Part shown: positions 1 to 10,132 of the stretch, one piece after another
Numbering within the stretch: position 1 is the first letter of the stretch
Layout of the letters: the number at the start of each line of letters is the position of its first letter
DNA from: an uncultured archaeon
Lineage (GTDB): Archaea > Thermoproteota > Bathyarchaeia > 40CM-2-53-6 > CALIRQ01
Reading direction: 5' to 3'
Assembly (NCBI GenBank): GCA_938042195.1
Contig: CALIRQ010000007.1
Span: 180 to 64,179, forward strand
DNA length: 64,000 bases
The notes under the pieces: model-generated
Seen by the model: only the letters and a program-made list of their open reading frames with translations
What the model was told of the DNA's origin: nothing
Databases searched by the model: none
Translations under genes and position numbers: made by a program

Positions 1-59
1 CCATTCCTCGGCTCGCCCACTCAATCGCCGGGGAAATGGATGGGCATTGATGGTGACAA

Positions 60-575
60 ATGGTAAGGACGGCGCTGGACAGCTTCTGCGTGAAGAGCGG
101 CATACTTTGCCGCAAATGTGAGGAGAAGGTCAGGAGGGGGGAGGTGACTAGGCTAGACCTTAAAGTGATAAAGACCCTGATGGAATTGGAGAAAGACTTC
201 CCAAAGCTCCAGGACGTTGCCTATCGCAAATCGGCTGAGGCCGGTGGGACGCTCGTCGTGATGGTCGATGGGCCAGATGTGGCGGCACTCCTGTCCCAAG
301 GGGGGAAGATCGTGAGGGCCTTGGAGGAGAAGTTGGGTAAGAGGGTGAAGGTTATGAGCTATGGGGGGGATACGAGGCAATTCTTGGAGGAGTTGCTCAG
401 CCCGCTTTCGATCATAGCCATAAACACCGTGTGGATACCAGACGGTAGCATCGAAACAAGAGCAGTGATCCGGGGCAGGAGGCCGCGGAAGATGCCCATT
501 AACTTGGATGTGGCGAGGAAGTTGGCGAAGGAGCTGAGGGGCATCACTTTGAGGATCGATTTCGAGAGGGATTAG
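60..575 (+). CDS. KH-domain RNA-binding protein (NusA/Dim2-like), N-terminal Cys cluster
   Basis: 171 aa; two GxxG-type KH-like segments (LLSQGGKIVRALEE; RKMPINLDVARKLAKEL) after an N-terminal C-x6-C-x2-C cluster; family assignment uncertain. Confidence 0.35.
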   Translation: MVRTALDSFCVKSGILCRKCEEKVRRGEVTRLDLKVIKTLMELEKDFPKLQDVAYRKSAEAGGTLVVMVDGPDVAALLSQGGKIVRALEEKLGKRVKVMSYGGDTRQFLEELLSPLSIIAINTVWIPDGSIETRAVIRGRRPRKMPINLDVARKLAKELRGITLRIDFERD

Positions 576-596
576 CCATATAGGCAATGGCCCCCA

Positions 597-1631
597 TTAT
601 GATTTCTCCCTCCTGAAATGGGCCAAGCGGATTAGATCGCTCATTATGGCCATGGCAGCCGAATCGCCGCCAGCCCCGGGTCCAATTATGGTAACTGAGT
701 AGCCGGTATCCAAATGATATGTCAAGGCATTTGTAACTCCCTCGGTTCTTGCCAACGGATTGGATTGATCGACCTCGGCCGGGCCTACCCACGCCCTAAC
801 CGCGGTCCCCTCCCTCCAAGCCTTGGCTAGGAGCTTCATTCTCCTCCCCTTGGATAGGGGTCGCAAGACGTCCCCCCTCCCTATGCCCCTTATCCCCTTA
901 ACCTCCACTTCCTCCAGCCTTAGGCGCCCTCCCATTACGGAATTGGCCAATATGGTCACCTTCGCGGCGGCGTCCATGCCATCCAAATCGTTCGACGGAT
1001 CGGCCTCAGCGAACCCCATTCTTATGGCTGAGGAGAGCGCCTCCTCGAAGCTCTCGCCCATCTCCATCGAGGATAGTATGAAGTTGGTCGTTCCGTTCAA
1101 TACGCCTTCCAACGAGATCACCTCGGCTGGCTCGATGCATAGCTGCGCGAGGTTTATGGCCGGCGTGCCGCTCAGGACGGTACCCTCGAACCCTAGGAAG
1201 GCTCCCTTCAGCTCGGCTAAATCCTTGAGCTCCCAATAGGCTAGGGCCAAGGGGCCCTTATTGGTGGTTATTACATCCTTGCCCAACCTCAGGGCCTCCC
1301 TCAGGTGAGTTAGACCCGGCTCCCCCTTTCTCAGATCCGTGGGGGTCAGCTCGATGATCAAATCGACATCTGGGGATCGTATGATATCGATCCCGGTCAG
1401 GCCATGCTCCCCGCGGCCGTAATCCGAAAGCCCCTTCCCCCCCTCTAGGAGGCGGAGGAGCCCAAGGGGATCCAGCCCCATCGGATCGAAGACCGATCCG
1501 AACCTCGGGTCGTAAACCCCCACTATCCTTAGGTCCAATAGGTGCTTCTCCCTTAGCGAGCGGGCCTTCCCCGATACAATCTTGGCGAAGGCCCTGCCAA
1601 CGGTCCCGAACCCTATTATGGCGGCATGCAT
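597..1631 (-). CDS. hom: homoserine dehydrogenase
   Basis: 344 aa; N-terminal GFGTVGRAF Rossmann motif and overall HSD-like sequence. Confidence 0.85.
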   Translation of the reverse strand: MHAAIIGFGTVGRAFAKIVSGKARSLREKHLLDLRIVGVYDPRFGSVFDPMGLDPLGLLRLLEGGKGLSDYGRGEHGLTGIDIIRSPDVDLIIELTPTDLRKGEPGLTHLREALRLGKDVITTNKGPLALAYWELKDLAELKGAFLGFEGTVLSGTPAINLAQLCIEPAEVISLEGVLNGTTNFILSSMEMGESFEEALSSAIRMGFAEADPSNDLDGMDAAAKVTILANSVMGGRLRLEEVEVKGIRGIGRGDVLRPLSKGRRMKLLAKAWREGTAVRAWVGPAEVDQSNPLARTEGVTNALTYHLDTGYSVTIIGPGAGGDSAAMAIMSDLIRLAHFRREKS

Positions 1632-1647
1632 GCCTTAGCCCCAAGCC

Positions 1648-1872
1648 TCATTTGAAGATCAATGGGAGGAGATATATCATAAATATCATTACGGGGAAGG
1701 ATAGCATCATGGCGAAATATAGCAGGTTCCTTCTGCGCAATTGCCTCCTATACTCGGCCTCGCATTTGGCACTACAGAACTCCTTCCCCATATCTAGAAC
1801 CGGAGCGCTGCACCAGATACAATGCCTGTGCTTGAATACTATTGGCATATCCTCCTTCCTAATCTTCGCCAT
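1648..1872 (-). CDS. small Cys-rich (Zn-ribbon-like) protein with C-terminal TM helix
   Basis: 74 aa; HCIWC...CSAKCE Cys pairs followed by a hydrophobic C-terminal helix; no family recognised. Confidence 0.3.
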   Translation of the reverse strand: MAKIRKEDMPIVFKHRHCIWCSAPVLDMGKEFCSAKCEAEYRRQLRRRNLLYFAMMLSFPVMIFMIYLLPLIFK

Positions 1873-2235
1873 GCCCCATCCGAGCGTTTTAATGTCCTTT
1901 CAATATTTTAAGGAATCTCTTCGAGGAACCGAGCTTGGTTTTTTATTAACGCAGTGGTCCCATATTTGGGGCGGTCCTCATAAAGAACGTGATATCCAAA
2001 CGAAATCAAATCCAGGCCGAAAAGGGGGAAATGAGCTCATATCGGCTAAATGGGATCGAAAGGATCGCATATCGACGGGTAAATTAATGGAAATTGGGCT
2101 GGTTTGGCGAGGAACGAACCGCATCCCGCCCCTCTCCCATGAGCCCTTGGGGCCCAAGGAATCGCAATCGCCAAAAATTTCGCAAAAGCGGCGATTAAAC
2201 GCCCTCCAAACCCCCCTAGGCCTGGGGGTGGGCGC

Positions 2236-2796
2236 TTAGGCCTTAAACCACTTGAAGACCAAATACTCCACTTTCCCCTTGCCCTTGGGCACGGCTATTA
2301 TGAATTGCTTCCTGACGGTGGTAGCGAGCCTGCCAGCCCTGACTATCTCAAATGGCCCAACCCTCTCGGATCCCTTATGGACCGAAACTATGAATGGCGC
2401 ATGATCTATGCCCGGCCCGTGCTCGTAAACGGCGAAGTCGGCCCCGAATTTTATTCCCGGGGTGACCACATAGCCCTTGTCCCTTATGTCCTTATAGACC
2501 CTATAGGCCATGGAGAAGCCCTTATAGGTTTTCTCCGCCAGCGCCCTGAGCCTCGAATCGTTCACAGCCTTCCCGGAATGGCCGTCAACGACCTTTATTG
2601 AGCCCTTCTCTAACAAGTATAGCCCCTCCATCAAATCGAGCATCAGGGGCTCTTCGAAATCCTCTCCGGGCTTCGGCTTCGGGATGCCGACCGGCTTCCC
2701 AAAGAAACCCATCCTGTAGAGCCTCATCCCTTCCTCAGGGTTCCACACAACCAGCCTGGTCCCTATTAGCTCCGCCCTTATCGCCTCGCTCCTCAT
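2236..2796 (-). CDS. endA: tRNA-splicing endonuclease (catalytic subunit)
   Basis: Conserved YRVYKDIRDKGYVV...GIKFGADFAVYE catalytic-domain motifs; likely start at internal ATG 2796, giving an ATGA overlap with the upstream gene's stop; about 186 aa. Confidence 0.8.
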   Translation of the reverse strand: MRSEAIRAELIGTRLVVWNPEEGMRLYRMGFFGKPVGIPKPKPGEDFEEPLMLDLMEGLYLLEKGSIKVVDGHSGKAVNDSRLRALAEKTYKGFSMAYRVYKDIRDKGYVVTPGIKFGADFAVYEHGPGIDHAPFIVSVHKGSERVGPFEIVRAGRLATTVRKQFIIAVPKGKGKVEYLVFKWFKA

Positions 2797-3452
2797 CCCG
2801 TCACCGCTAAGACCCTGGCCATGTCTACTACATCCCCGCATGTGTCCGCCATCCTCTCCAGATGCTCGGCTATATCCTTGAGGATAAGCAACGAGTGGAT
2901 AGGCAGGTCGGCCATCAAGAGGTCCAGCTCCAAATTCCTATGCGCTATGTCGATATCCCTCTCTATCTCATCGACCGAGTTGGATATATTTATTGTGCTC
3001 TCCGGGTTGAGGTTGAGGGATCGGATCGCCTCCCTCATCTTGCCCATTTCGTTCAATATCTTAGAGGAGAGGGTGGCCAAGCCCTCGAGGAACGTCCTAT
3101 CCAACTTCAAACCGCGTTCAATGGACCCGGATAACCTATAGGCTATGGCCTCCGCATCATCGTTTATATCCCCCATCCTGAAGATCAGCCTGAGGAGAAC
3201 CTCTCTGTTGATCAATAACGAGCCGACCGAGGAAACCTCGGCGAGTACGTTGTTCTTCAACTCATCGGCCCGCTTCATGAGCTCGTGCATCTTTTCCACG
3301 TGGGCTTTTGCTTCTCCCTCGCTATCCTTCAACAGCACATCAAGCATCAACACAAGCTCCCTCACAACCTCAACCGATAACCTGGCGTAGTCGAGGCACA
3401 TATCGAGCATTTGTCTCCTTATAGCGGCCTCTGTTTCCAAAGGGAAGGTCAT
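2793..3452 (-). CDS. DUF47 / PhoU-like putative phosphate-transport regulator family protein
   Basis: 219 aa all-helical protein with the DUF47 (TIGR00153-like) pattern; translationally coupled to endA. Confidence 0.55.
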   Translation of the reverse strand: MTFPLETEAAIRRQMLDMCLDYARLSVEVVRELVLMLDVLLKDSEGEAKAHVEKMHELMKRADELKNNVLAEVSSVGSLLINREVLLRLIFRMGDINDDAEAIAYRLSGSIERGLKLDRTFLEGLATLSSKILNEMGKMREAIRSLNLNPESTINISNSVDEIERDIDIAHRNLELDLLMADLPIHSLLILKDIAEHLERMADTCGDVVDMARVLAVTG

Positions 3453-3517
3453 AGCGATCCCTCCAATGACCTTCGGCGTCGATGTATATATTTAAATTCG
3501 GGAGGCCTATAAAACGA

Positions 3518-5248
3518 TTACGAGCTCCCGACCTCCTCGAAGCCCAAATCCCCGGATAAGTAGCTCCTGAGGCATCTGGGCACCTCCTCGGCCCTAACCC
3601 TCACCTGCTTCCACGAATCCCTCTCCCTCAACGTAACCGTGCCATCCGCTAGGCTCCTGTGATCCACGGTTATGGCTATTGGGACTCCGATCTCGTCGGC
3701 CCTCGCGTACCTCCTACCTATGGAGCCGGAGTCATCGTACTCTACATCGAAGCCCGCCTCCAACAGGGCTTCCCACAAGGATTTCGCTTTCCCCTCCAAG
3801 TCCTTGCTGTTAACGAGCGGCAGGACGACCGCTTGGATCGGCGCCACCTTCTTCGGAAGCCTCAGGACGACCCTGTCCCCCTTGGTGGAGTATGAGTGCT
3901 CCAGGACCGCATACATTATCCTCTCCAGCCCGAAGCTCGGCTCCACCACATGTGGGATAAACCGCCTCCCGGTTTCCTTCACCTCGATCGACCTGAAGGA
4001 TACATGCTCAGGGCCCACCTTCTCCCCAAGCGCTTCGAAATATCCCCTCGACTCAATGGATCTCTTGACCTCTTCCGGCTCGGCCCTCATAAGGGCCTCC
4101 ATGACGGCCTTATGCCTCTCTCCGAACGCCTCCCGCATCTTCGCCTCGTCCGGGACGACCTTCAGGGTCTTTGCGATCCTCGGCCTCTCATACGCCCTGA
4201 AGGCCCTCAGCTCCTGGCCGGAGAAAGCGCTATGCCTCGATAGGTCATAGTCGGTCCTATAGGCGTGCCCAGCTATCTCAACCCAGCCCCAGTCCTCCAA
4301 TAGGACCTCATGATCGAAGGTCTGCGCGGAGTAGTGCGCCCTCTCGTTGGGCAATTTCTCATGGAATTTCTGCCTCTCCTCCGGTATCCCGAGCCCGCAA
4401 ATGAACTCCTTCGATTTGGCCATGAAGAAGCCGAGCCATCCGTTGATTATAATGCCCTCGCGCACCGCCTCCCTCACCGACCTCTCTATGGGCTCCTCGA
4501 TCCCCCTCTCTCTTGAGCTCGCTGGGACGAGCCTGAGCACTTCTTCGCCTACTTCCCCCAGCGCTTCGCATTCCTCCTCTGGGTCGAAGAAGAACTCTAT
4601 CTCCATCAAGGTGAACTCCCTAAGCCTTATCGGCCCCTGTCTCGGGGAGATCTCGTTTCTCAGGGCTTTTCCGATCTGCGCCACTCCGAAGGGGAGCTTC
4701 CCCCTGGCGATCTCGTAGAGCCTTTTGAAATCGATGAATATCCCTTGGGCCGTTTCCGGCCTCGCATAGCCGATAGCCTCGCTATATGGCCCTATAGTGG
4801 TTTCGAACATAGTCAAGAAGTATCTGGACTTCGAAAGGCTCCCGCCGCATTCCGGACAAGCCAAGCCCTTCCCCTCTATCTCAGCATCGATTGCCTCCAG
4901 CCCAATCGCCTCGAATTTGGTCCCGATGGCATCCTCAAGCAAATGATCGGCGCGGTACTTGCGCCCGCATTTCGAACATTCCACCATTGGGTCCTTGAAC
5001 GATTCCAGATGCCCCGATGCTTGGAACACGATCCTCGGATTGATTATGGGGGTGGATATCTCATATATCCCGCTCCTTTTGAGAAAGAAATCTCGCCACG
5101 CATCCTCGAGCTTATGCTTCAGCTTCGTCCCAAGCGGCCCCAAGTCTATGAATCCACCTATCCCCCCATAGATCTCAAAGGATTGCCAAAAGAAACCCCT
5201 CCTCCTGGCCAGCTCGGACACCAACTCATATTTGCCCTTCGCCCTCAT
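3518..5248 (-). CDS. glyS: glycine--tRNA ligase (archaeal/eukaryal-type homodimeric GlyRS)
   Basis: 576 aa; N-terminal YELVSELARRRGFFWQSFEIYGG and class-II motifs typical of archaeal GlyRS. Confidence 0.9.
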   Translation of the reverse strand: MRAKGKYELVSELARRRGFFWQSFEIYGGIGGFIDLGPLGTKLKHKLEDAWRDFFLKRSGIYEISTPIINPRIVFQASGHLESFKDPMVECSKCGRKYRADHLLEDAIGTKFEAIGLEAIDAEIEGKGLACPECGGSLSKSRYFLTMFETTIGPYSEAIGYARPETAQGIFIDFKRLYEIARGKLPFGVAQIGKALRNEISPRQGPIRLREFTLMEIEFFFDPEEECEALGEVGEEVLRLVPASSRERGIEEPIERSVREAVREGIIINGWLGFFMAKSKEFICGLGIPEERQKFHEKLPNERAHYSAQTFDHEVLLEDWGWVEIAGHAYRTDYDLSRHSAFSGQELRAFRAYERPRIAKTLKVVPDEAKMREAFGERHKAVMEALMRAEPEEVKRSIESRGYFEALGEKVGPEHVSFRSIEVKETGRRFIPHVVEPSFGLERIMYAVLEHSYSTKGDRVVLRLPKKVAPIQAVVLPLVNSKDLEGKAKSLWEALLEAGFDVEYDDSGSIGRRYARADEIGVPIAITVDHRSLADGTVTLRERDSWKQVRVRAEEVPRCLRSYLSGDLGFEEVGSS

Positions 5249-5736
5249 ATCGGTTCACCCCTTAATCCCTCCATCAGGGCTCGCGCCTCGGCCTCCATAA
5301 CCCTCCGATAGGCTCGGAATAATTCCTCAAAATATCTCCTCCCCAAAACCTCGCCCTCCCCAATCCCGGGGCATCTTTCCTTGGTTAATTTAAAGCGCAA
5401 CCCCCTGTCCCCTAGGCTCATGCTGAAGGGATAGAAAACGCAGACGAGGGGCCTCACCTCATAGATGGAGCAGGAGCTGCCCTTTAGGAAGAAACAAACC
5501 CCATTGACCTTCCTTATGGCATGCGTATAAGGCCACCTTCCAGTGGTGTATGAGAAGGCATCCGCTTCCAAGCCCGTGAACTTCGCGATACTATCCACTT
5601 CGTACTCCATTGCCAATATCTTCCTCCTCCGGCCCCCCGCATCGCCGCAGCACATTCCACACCTTTTGCAACGCCATCTGACCCCTTCTGGGAAATTCAG
5701 CTCAGGCAATACGCCCTTTCTAATCGCCCATCCCAT
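5245..5736 (-). CDS. YkgJ/UPF0153 family Cys-cluster (putative Fe-S/Zn) protein
   Basis: CKRCGMCCGD...C motif diagnostic of the YkgJ family; 4-bp overlap with glyS and 17-bp overlap with the upstream ABC ATPase gene. Confidence 0.6.
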   Translation of the reverse strand: MGWAIRKGVLPELNFPEGVRWRCKRCGMCCGDAGGRRRKILAMEYEVDSIAKFTGLEADAFSYTTGRWPYTHAIRKVNGVCFFLKGSSCSIYEVRPLVCVFYPFSMSLGDRGLRFKLTKERCPGIGEGEVLGRRYFEELFRAYRRVMEAEARALMEGLRGEPI

Positions 5737-6502
5737 GCGTCGCCATGAGCTCCTCGGATAGTTCCCTTAATATAAGCCTCCTCAATTCGTTGAACTGTAG
5801 GCCGGTTCTATCCCTCGGCCTAGGCAGATCTATGCTAAAAATCTTCTTAACCTTGGCCGGCCTTTGCGTTAGCACTATCACCTCATCCGACAGGAATAGG
5901 GCCTCATCGACCGAATGGGTTACGAAGAGTATGGTCTTCTCGGTCGCCCTCCATATCCTGATAAGCTCCTCTTGCATCAAATTCCTGGTCTGGGCATCGA
6001 GGGATGCGAAGGGCTCATCCATTAGGATGACCTTCGGGTCGTTCACGAGGGCCCTTGCGAAAGCGACCTTCTGCCTCATTCCTGAGGAGAGTTCGTGGGG
6101 ATATCTTTCCTCGAAGCCCCTCAGGCCCACCAATTCGATGAACCTCCTCGCGGCCGCCTCGCTTTCTTCCTTGGGAATGCCCCTAACCTCGAGCCCGAAT
6201 TTCACGTTCCCGAGGACGGTCCTCCAGGGGAATAATGCGAACTCTTGGAATATCATCCCCCTATCCGCGCCGGGCCCGCGTATGGGGTTGCCATTCATCT
6301 CCACGACCCCCCCGGTGGGCTCCTCTAGGCCAGCCAAAATCCTTAGTAGGGTGGTCTTCCCGCATCCATTCGGGCCGACCAAGGCCGTTATCCGGCCCTC
6401 CTTTACATCGAATGAGAGTCCGTCGATGGCGACTATCTCTCCCCCCTCAACCGAGAACACCTTTCGCAAGTTCTTGATAGCTATTATGGGCCCGCACCCC
6501 AT
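5720..6502 (-). CDS. ABC transporter ATP-binding protein (NitT/TauT-like)
   Basis: Walker A GPNGCGKTT, signature LSGGMRQKVAFARAL, Walker B ILMDEPF; no permease or substrate-binding gene adjacent. Confidence 0.8.
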   Translation of the reverse strand: MGCGPIIAIKNLRKVFSVEGGEIVAIDGLSFDVKEGRITALVGPNGCGKTTLLRILAGLEEPTGGVVEMNGNPIRGPGADRGMIFQEFALFPWRTVLGNVKFGLEVRGIPKEESEAAARRFIELVGLRGFEERYPHELSSGMRQKVAFARALVNDPKVILMDEPFASLDAQTRNLMQEELIRIWRATEKTILFVTHSVDEALFLSDEVIVLTQRPAKVKKIFSIDLPRPRDRTGLQFNELRRLILRELSEELMATHGMGD

Positions 6503-6511
6503 GCGGCTTCG

Positions 6512-7633
6512 TTGCCCCCTTTCCCGAGGGTCCTTAATGGGGATAATATAATATATTTATATGATTGGCTCCCGAGCAAATCGATCCGGGGAAGCGGCGG
6601 GATCAATTTGAGAATTCGCTATGAGGATGGCATACATGTCGAAGGCGAGGGCGTTTCGATCGCCATGGACGTCTCCAAGATGACTCGCTCCCAAATGGCC
6701 CTTATTACCCATGCGCATTGGGACCATTCCAAGGCCTTTGGGTTCGATGGTTTGACAAAAGCCTCGACGGGGGCGACCCTGGAGTTAGCGAAGGCCTCGG
6801 GAGGAAATATTTCCAGATGGGCCCGGATCGAGGTTGGCCAATCGATGGAGATTGGGGGCTTTCGCATCGAAGCGCATAACGCCGGGCATATACTGGGCTC
6901 TGTACAATACGAGCTTAGGTTGGGCGATTATTCGATAGTCTATACGGGGGACCTGAACCTCGAGGATACCCTAATATCGCGGGCCGCTGAGCCGATATCA
7001 TGCGACGTACTCCTCATAGAGGCAACCTATGGACACCCCTCCCACACCCGCCCCACTAGGGAGATCATAATAAATGGGATAGTGGAGTGGGCCATCCGGA
7101 CCATTCGTGAGGGGTTCACTCCCCTTTTCTACGCCGATGGCTTGGGGAATTCCCAAGAGCTCATAAGCATATTCAACAGATATACAAAGATCCCGATCGT
7201 GGTACATGGCAAGATCGCGAAATTGTCTAGGATTTACAAGGCACATGGATTCCCCCTTGAGTTTTTCGAGGAGGGGGATTTGAGGGGGGAGGGGCTGGAT
7301 CGCTCCGATCGTATACTCCTGATGCCCAAGAGAGCCAAATTCAAGCGCACGGGGAGGCATAGGCCCGCGCTGGTTTCGGGATGGGGGGATATCGGGGGAT
7401 TTGGGATGGAGGCGTTCCCTTTAAGCGACCATGCCGATTTCGGATCCCTCCTGAGATATGTCGAGGAATCCTCCCCGAACCTCGTGCTGACGGTCCATGG
7501 AGGGGCATATGATCGCGTTCTAGCCAAAGCCATAGAGAGTAGGCTCGGGATCAGGGCTAGGCCTCTCCGCATCGGCCCTTGGGATGCCCTCGAGCGACGA
7601 GGCAAATGGGGGGCCAAATACCCCACTTGGTAA
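6512..7633 (+). CDS. metallo-beta-lactamase / beta-CASP family RNA-processing nuclease (small aCPSF-like)
   Basis: HAHWDH (HxHxDH) motif, later H and SDHAD motifs typical of beta-CASP; 373 aa, no KH domains. Confidence 0.7.
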   Translation: MPPFPRVLNGDNIIYLYDWLPSKSIRGSGGINLRIRYEDGIHVEGEGVSIAMDVSKMTRSQMALITHAHWDHSKAFGFDGLTKASTGATLELAKASGGNISRWARIEVGQSMEIGGFRIEAHNAGHILGSVQYELRLGDYSIVYTGDLNLEDTLISRAAEPISCDVLLIEATYGHPSHTRPTREIIINGIVEWAIRTIREGFTPLFYADGLGNSQELISIFNRYTKIPIVVHGKIAKLSRIYKAHGFPLEFFEEGDLRGEGLDRSDRILLMPKRAKFKRTGRHRPALVSGWGDIGGFGMEAFPLSDHADFGSLLRYVEESSPNLVLTVHGGAYDRVLAKAIESRLGIRARPLRIGPWDALERRGKWGAKYPTW

Positions 7634-7684
7634 TGCCATTGAGCTTTAATAATTGGCTCGAGGAGATTCCTAGTCGATCCAGGA

Positions 7685-8896
7685 ATGGCTCCTTCTCGGA
7701 GGGACTCGATCTTCAGGGAGGGCGGGATCGAGAAGCTGAGCATCGATTACGTGCCGGAGAGATTGCCGCATAGGGAATCGGAGCTGGAAAGGATTGTGGA
7801 AGCGTTCAAGCCATTCCTGGGACATCCGCATGCGTGGAGGAAGGTCTTGATCCATGGGCCGACCGGGACCGGTAAAACGGTCACAGCCAAGAAGGCCGGG
7901 GAAATCCTCTCGAACATCTCCAAGGGGATGGGGATCGGGTTCAAATACGCGCATGTAAACTGCAGATTTGAAAGAAGCGCATTCAGTCTCGTTCAGGAGA
8001 TAATCCGGCAAACCGTTCCGGGTTTGCCGCTAAGGGGCTATGGGCCTGCCGAATATTTGCGCGCCCTCTTCGGCCACCTTGAGGACAACGATGAGATCCT
8101 CCTCTTGGCTTTGGATGAGGTAGATCACCTCTTCGCGGGCATCGGGGACGACATCCTTTACGCTTTAACGAGGGCCTCCGAGATGGCCGAGATCCCCCAG
8201 AGGATTAGCATGATATTGATAGCCAGGGATGCCGAATTTCTCAGGGGGCTAAGGCCGCAGGTATTGAGCAAGATCAGGCCGGATGAAGCCTTGGACTTCA
8301 AGCCCTATGGCCAATCAGATATATTCGATATACTCAGCGATAGGGTGGAATGGGCATTCATATCCGGGAGCGTGAGCCCCGAGGCTATAGGGTTCATCTC
8401 TAAGAACGCCTCCTTGATCGGTGGCGGGGATGCCCGCTATGCGATACAGCTGCTCCTGACGGCCGGTCTCGTAGCCGATAGAGAAGGCTCCAAAAGGATC
8501 CTCCCAGAACACATTAGGGAGGCGCAGGAGAAGATCGATCCCAGGATTGGCCATGAGGATCTGCTCGCGCTCTCCGATGAAGAAAAGCACGTTCTCTTGG
8601 CCATCGCGAAGGCCCTTAGGATCATGGAAGAGGCAGTCCACGCACCCCTCGAGGTCGTTCGGGATTATTATAGGATGGTCTGCGAGGAGCTGGGCATGCC
8701 AGCCGAGGAGCCCCCCTTGGAAGCGACCTTGGGGAGGCTCAAGGCGCTCGGCATCATAGATATCGAAGAGGGGATCGGAATCTCTTTGCTGCTTATGAGG
8801 GCCAGGGCCCTTGAGGAGTCCTTGGAGGCCGCCCTCCTAGCCCCTTCCGGCAAGTCAAATGGCCCTCCCTTCGAAGGACGAATCCCCAAATCATAA
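7685..8896 (+). CDS. cdc6: Orc1/Cdc6 replication initiator
   Basis: AAA+ Walker A GPTGTGKT, Walker B LLALDEVD, C-terminal winged-helix region; 403 aa. Confidence 0.85.
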   Translation: MAPSRRDSIFREGGIEKLSIDYVPERLPHRESELERIVEAFKPFLGHPHAWRKVLIHGPTGTGKTVTAKKAGEILSNISKGMGIGFKYAHVNCRFERSAFSLVQEIIRQTVPGLPLRGYGPAEYLRALFGHLEDNDEILLLALDEVDHLFAGIGDDILYALTRASEMAEIPQRISMILIARDAEFLRGLRPQVLSKIRPDEALDFKPYGQSDIFDILSDRVEWAFISGSVSPEAIGFISKNASLIGGGDARYAIQLLLTAGLVADREGSKRILPEHIREAQEKIDPRIGHEDLLALSDEEKHVLLAIAKALRIMEEAVHAPLEVVRDYYRMVCEELGMPAEEPPLEATLGRLKALGIIDIEEGIGISLLLMRARALEESLEAALLAPSGKSNGPPFEGRIPKS

Positions 8897-8976
8897 AATT
8901 TTGGGATGCGCGAGCGGAAGTTTTCCGCAAAGGATAATTAATACACCCGATCCTTGGGTTGGGTCTGTGAGGAAGG

Positions 8977-10131
8977 ATGTCCCAATCTCAGACCCTCAAG
9001 GGCATCGATTACTTACAGGGCAACGAGGCCTTGGTGGAAGGGGCCATAGCGGCCGGTTGCAAGTTCTTCGCTGGCTATCCCATAACGCCATCAAACGAGA
9101 TCTCGGAGCGCATGAGCTGGAGGCTCCCCCAAGTCGGCGGGATATTCGTCCAAGGGGAGGATGAATTGGCATCAATCGCGATGGTCATAGGGGCATCTTG
9201 GGGGGGCCTGAAAGCCATGACCGCCACTTCGGGCCCCGGCTTCAGCCTGATGCAGGAGGGCATAGGCTACGCCTGCATGACCGAAACGCCTTGCGTGATC
9301 GTTGATATACAGCGATGCGCGCCGGGCCAAGGGATCGCAACAAAGGGCCAGCAGGGAGATATGATGCAAGCGAGATGGGGTACCCACGGCGACCACGAGG
9401 TCATCGCCTTGGCGCCCGCTTCGGTTCAGGAGATGTTCGATTTGGCCGTTGAGGCATTCAACCTCTCGGAGTCCTACAGAGTCCCATGCCTCATAATGGC
9501 GGAGGAGATCGTCGCCCACATGAGGGACAAGGTCCGCCTCCGCGATCCGAGCGAGCTCCGGCTGAAGGAGAGGAGGAGGCCCGATATCCCGCCGGGGAAA
9601 AAAATAGACTTTCACCAACTCGATGATGAGGCCGGCATACCGCCCATGCCACGCTTCGGGGATGGGTATAGGATCGCGGTATCGGCCTTCAGCAGGAACC
9701 GGATGGGCTACCCGATAACCGATAGGGACCTTCACGGAAAGCTCCTTCGCAGGCTATCGAATAAGATCCTCAATAATATCGATGCGATAGCCAGATTCGA
9801 AACGTCCTTTTTGGACGATGCCGAGGTGGTCGTCGTATCCTATGGGACTCCGGCCAGGTCTGCGAAGAGCGCCGTGAAGGCAGCGAGGGAAGAAGGGATC
9901 AAGGCTGGATACGTTCGGCTCATAACCGTTTGGCCCTTTCACCACGAAAAGCTCAGGGCCTTATGCGGCGGAGCCAAGGAGGTCATAACGGTCGAGATGA
10001 ACCTTGGGCAGATCTTTGGCGAAGTGGAGAGAGCCGTCGCCCGCAACGCCCATACGAGCCTCGTATCGAGCCCGGGCGTTGAGCCGCCGACGCCTTGGGA
10101 GATACTCTCCAAGATAAGGGAGGTGGCCTGA
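8977..10131 (+). CDS. korA: 2-oxoacid:ferredoxin oxidoreductase alpha subunit
   Basis: GNEALVEGAIAAGCKFFAGYPITPSNEI...TSGPGFSLM motifs of the KOR/POR alpha subunit. Confidence 0.85.
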   Translation: MSQSQTLKGIDYLQGNEALVEGAIAAGCKFFAGYPITPSNEISERMSWRLPQVGGIFVQGEDELASIAMVIGASWGGLKAMTATSGPGFSLMQEGIGYACMTETPCVIVDIQRCAPGQGIATKGQQGDMMQARWGTHGDHEVIALAPASVQEMFDLAVEAFNLSESYRVPCLIMAEEIVAHMRDKVRLRDPSELRLKERRRPDIPPGKKIDFHQLDDEAGIPPMPRFGDGYRIAVSAFSRNRMGYPITDRDLHGKLLRRLSNKILNNIDAIARFETSFLDDAEVVVVSYGTPARSAKSAVKAAREEGIKAGYVRLITVWPFHHEKLRALCGGAKEVITVEMNLGQIFGEVERAVARNAHTSLVSSPGVEPPTPWEILSKIREVA

Positions 10132-10132
10132 A

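Noticed and set aside
1652-2239. 195-aa plus-strand ORF across the hom-endA spacer
   Set aside because: It overlaps the small Cys-rich gene antisense and the intergenic region, and has no family resemblance or plausible start context.
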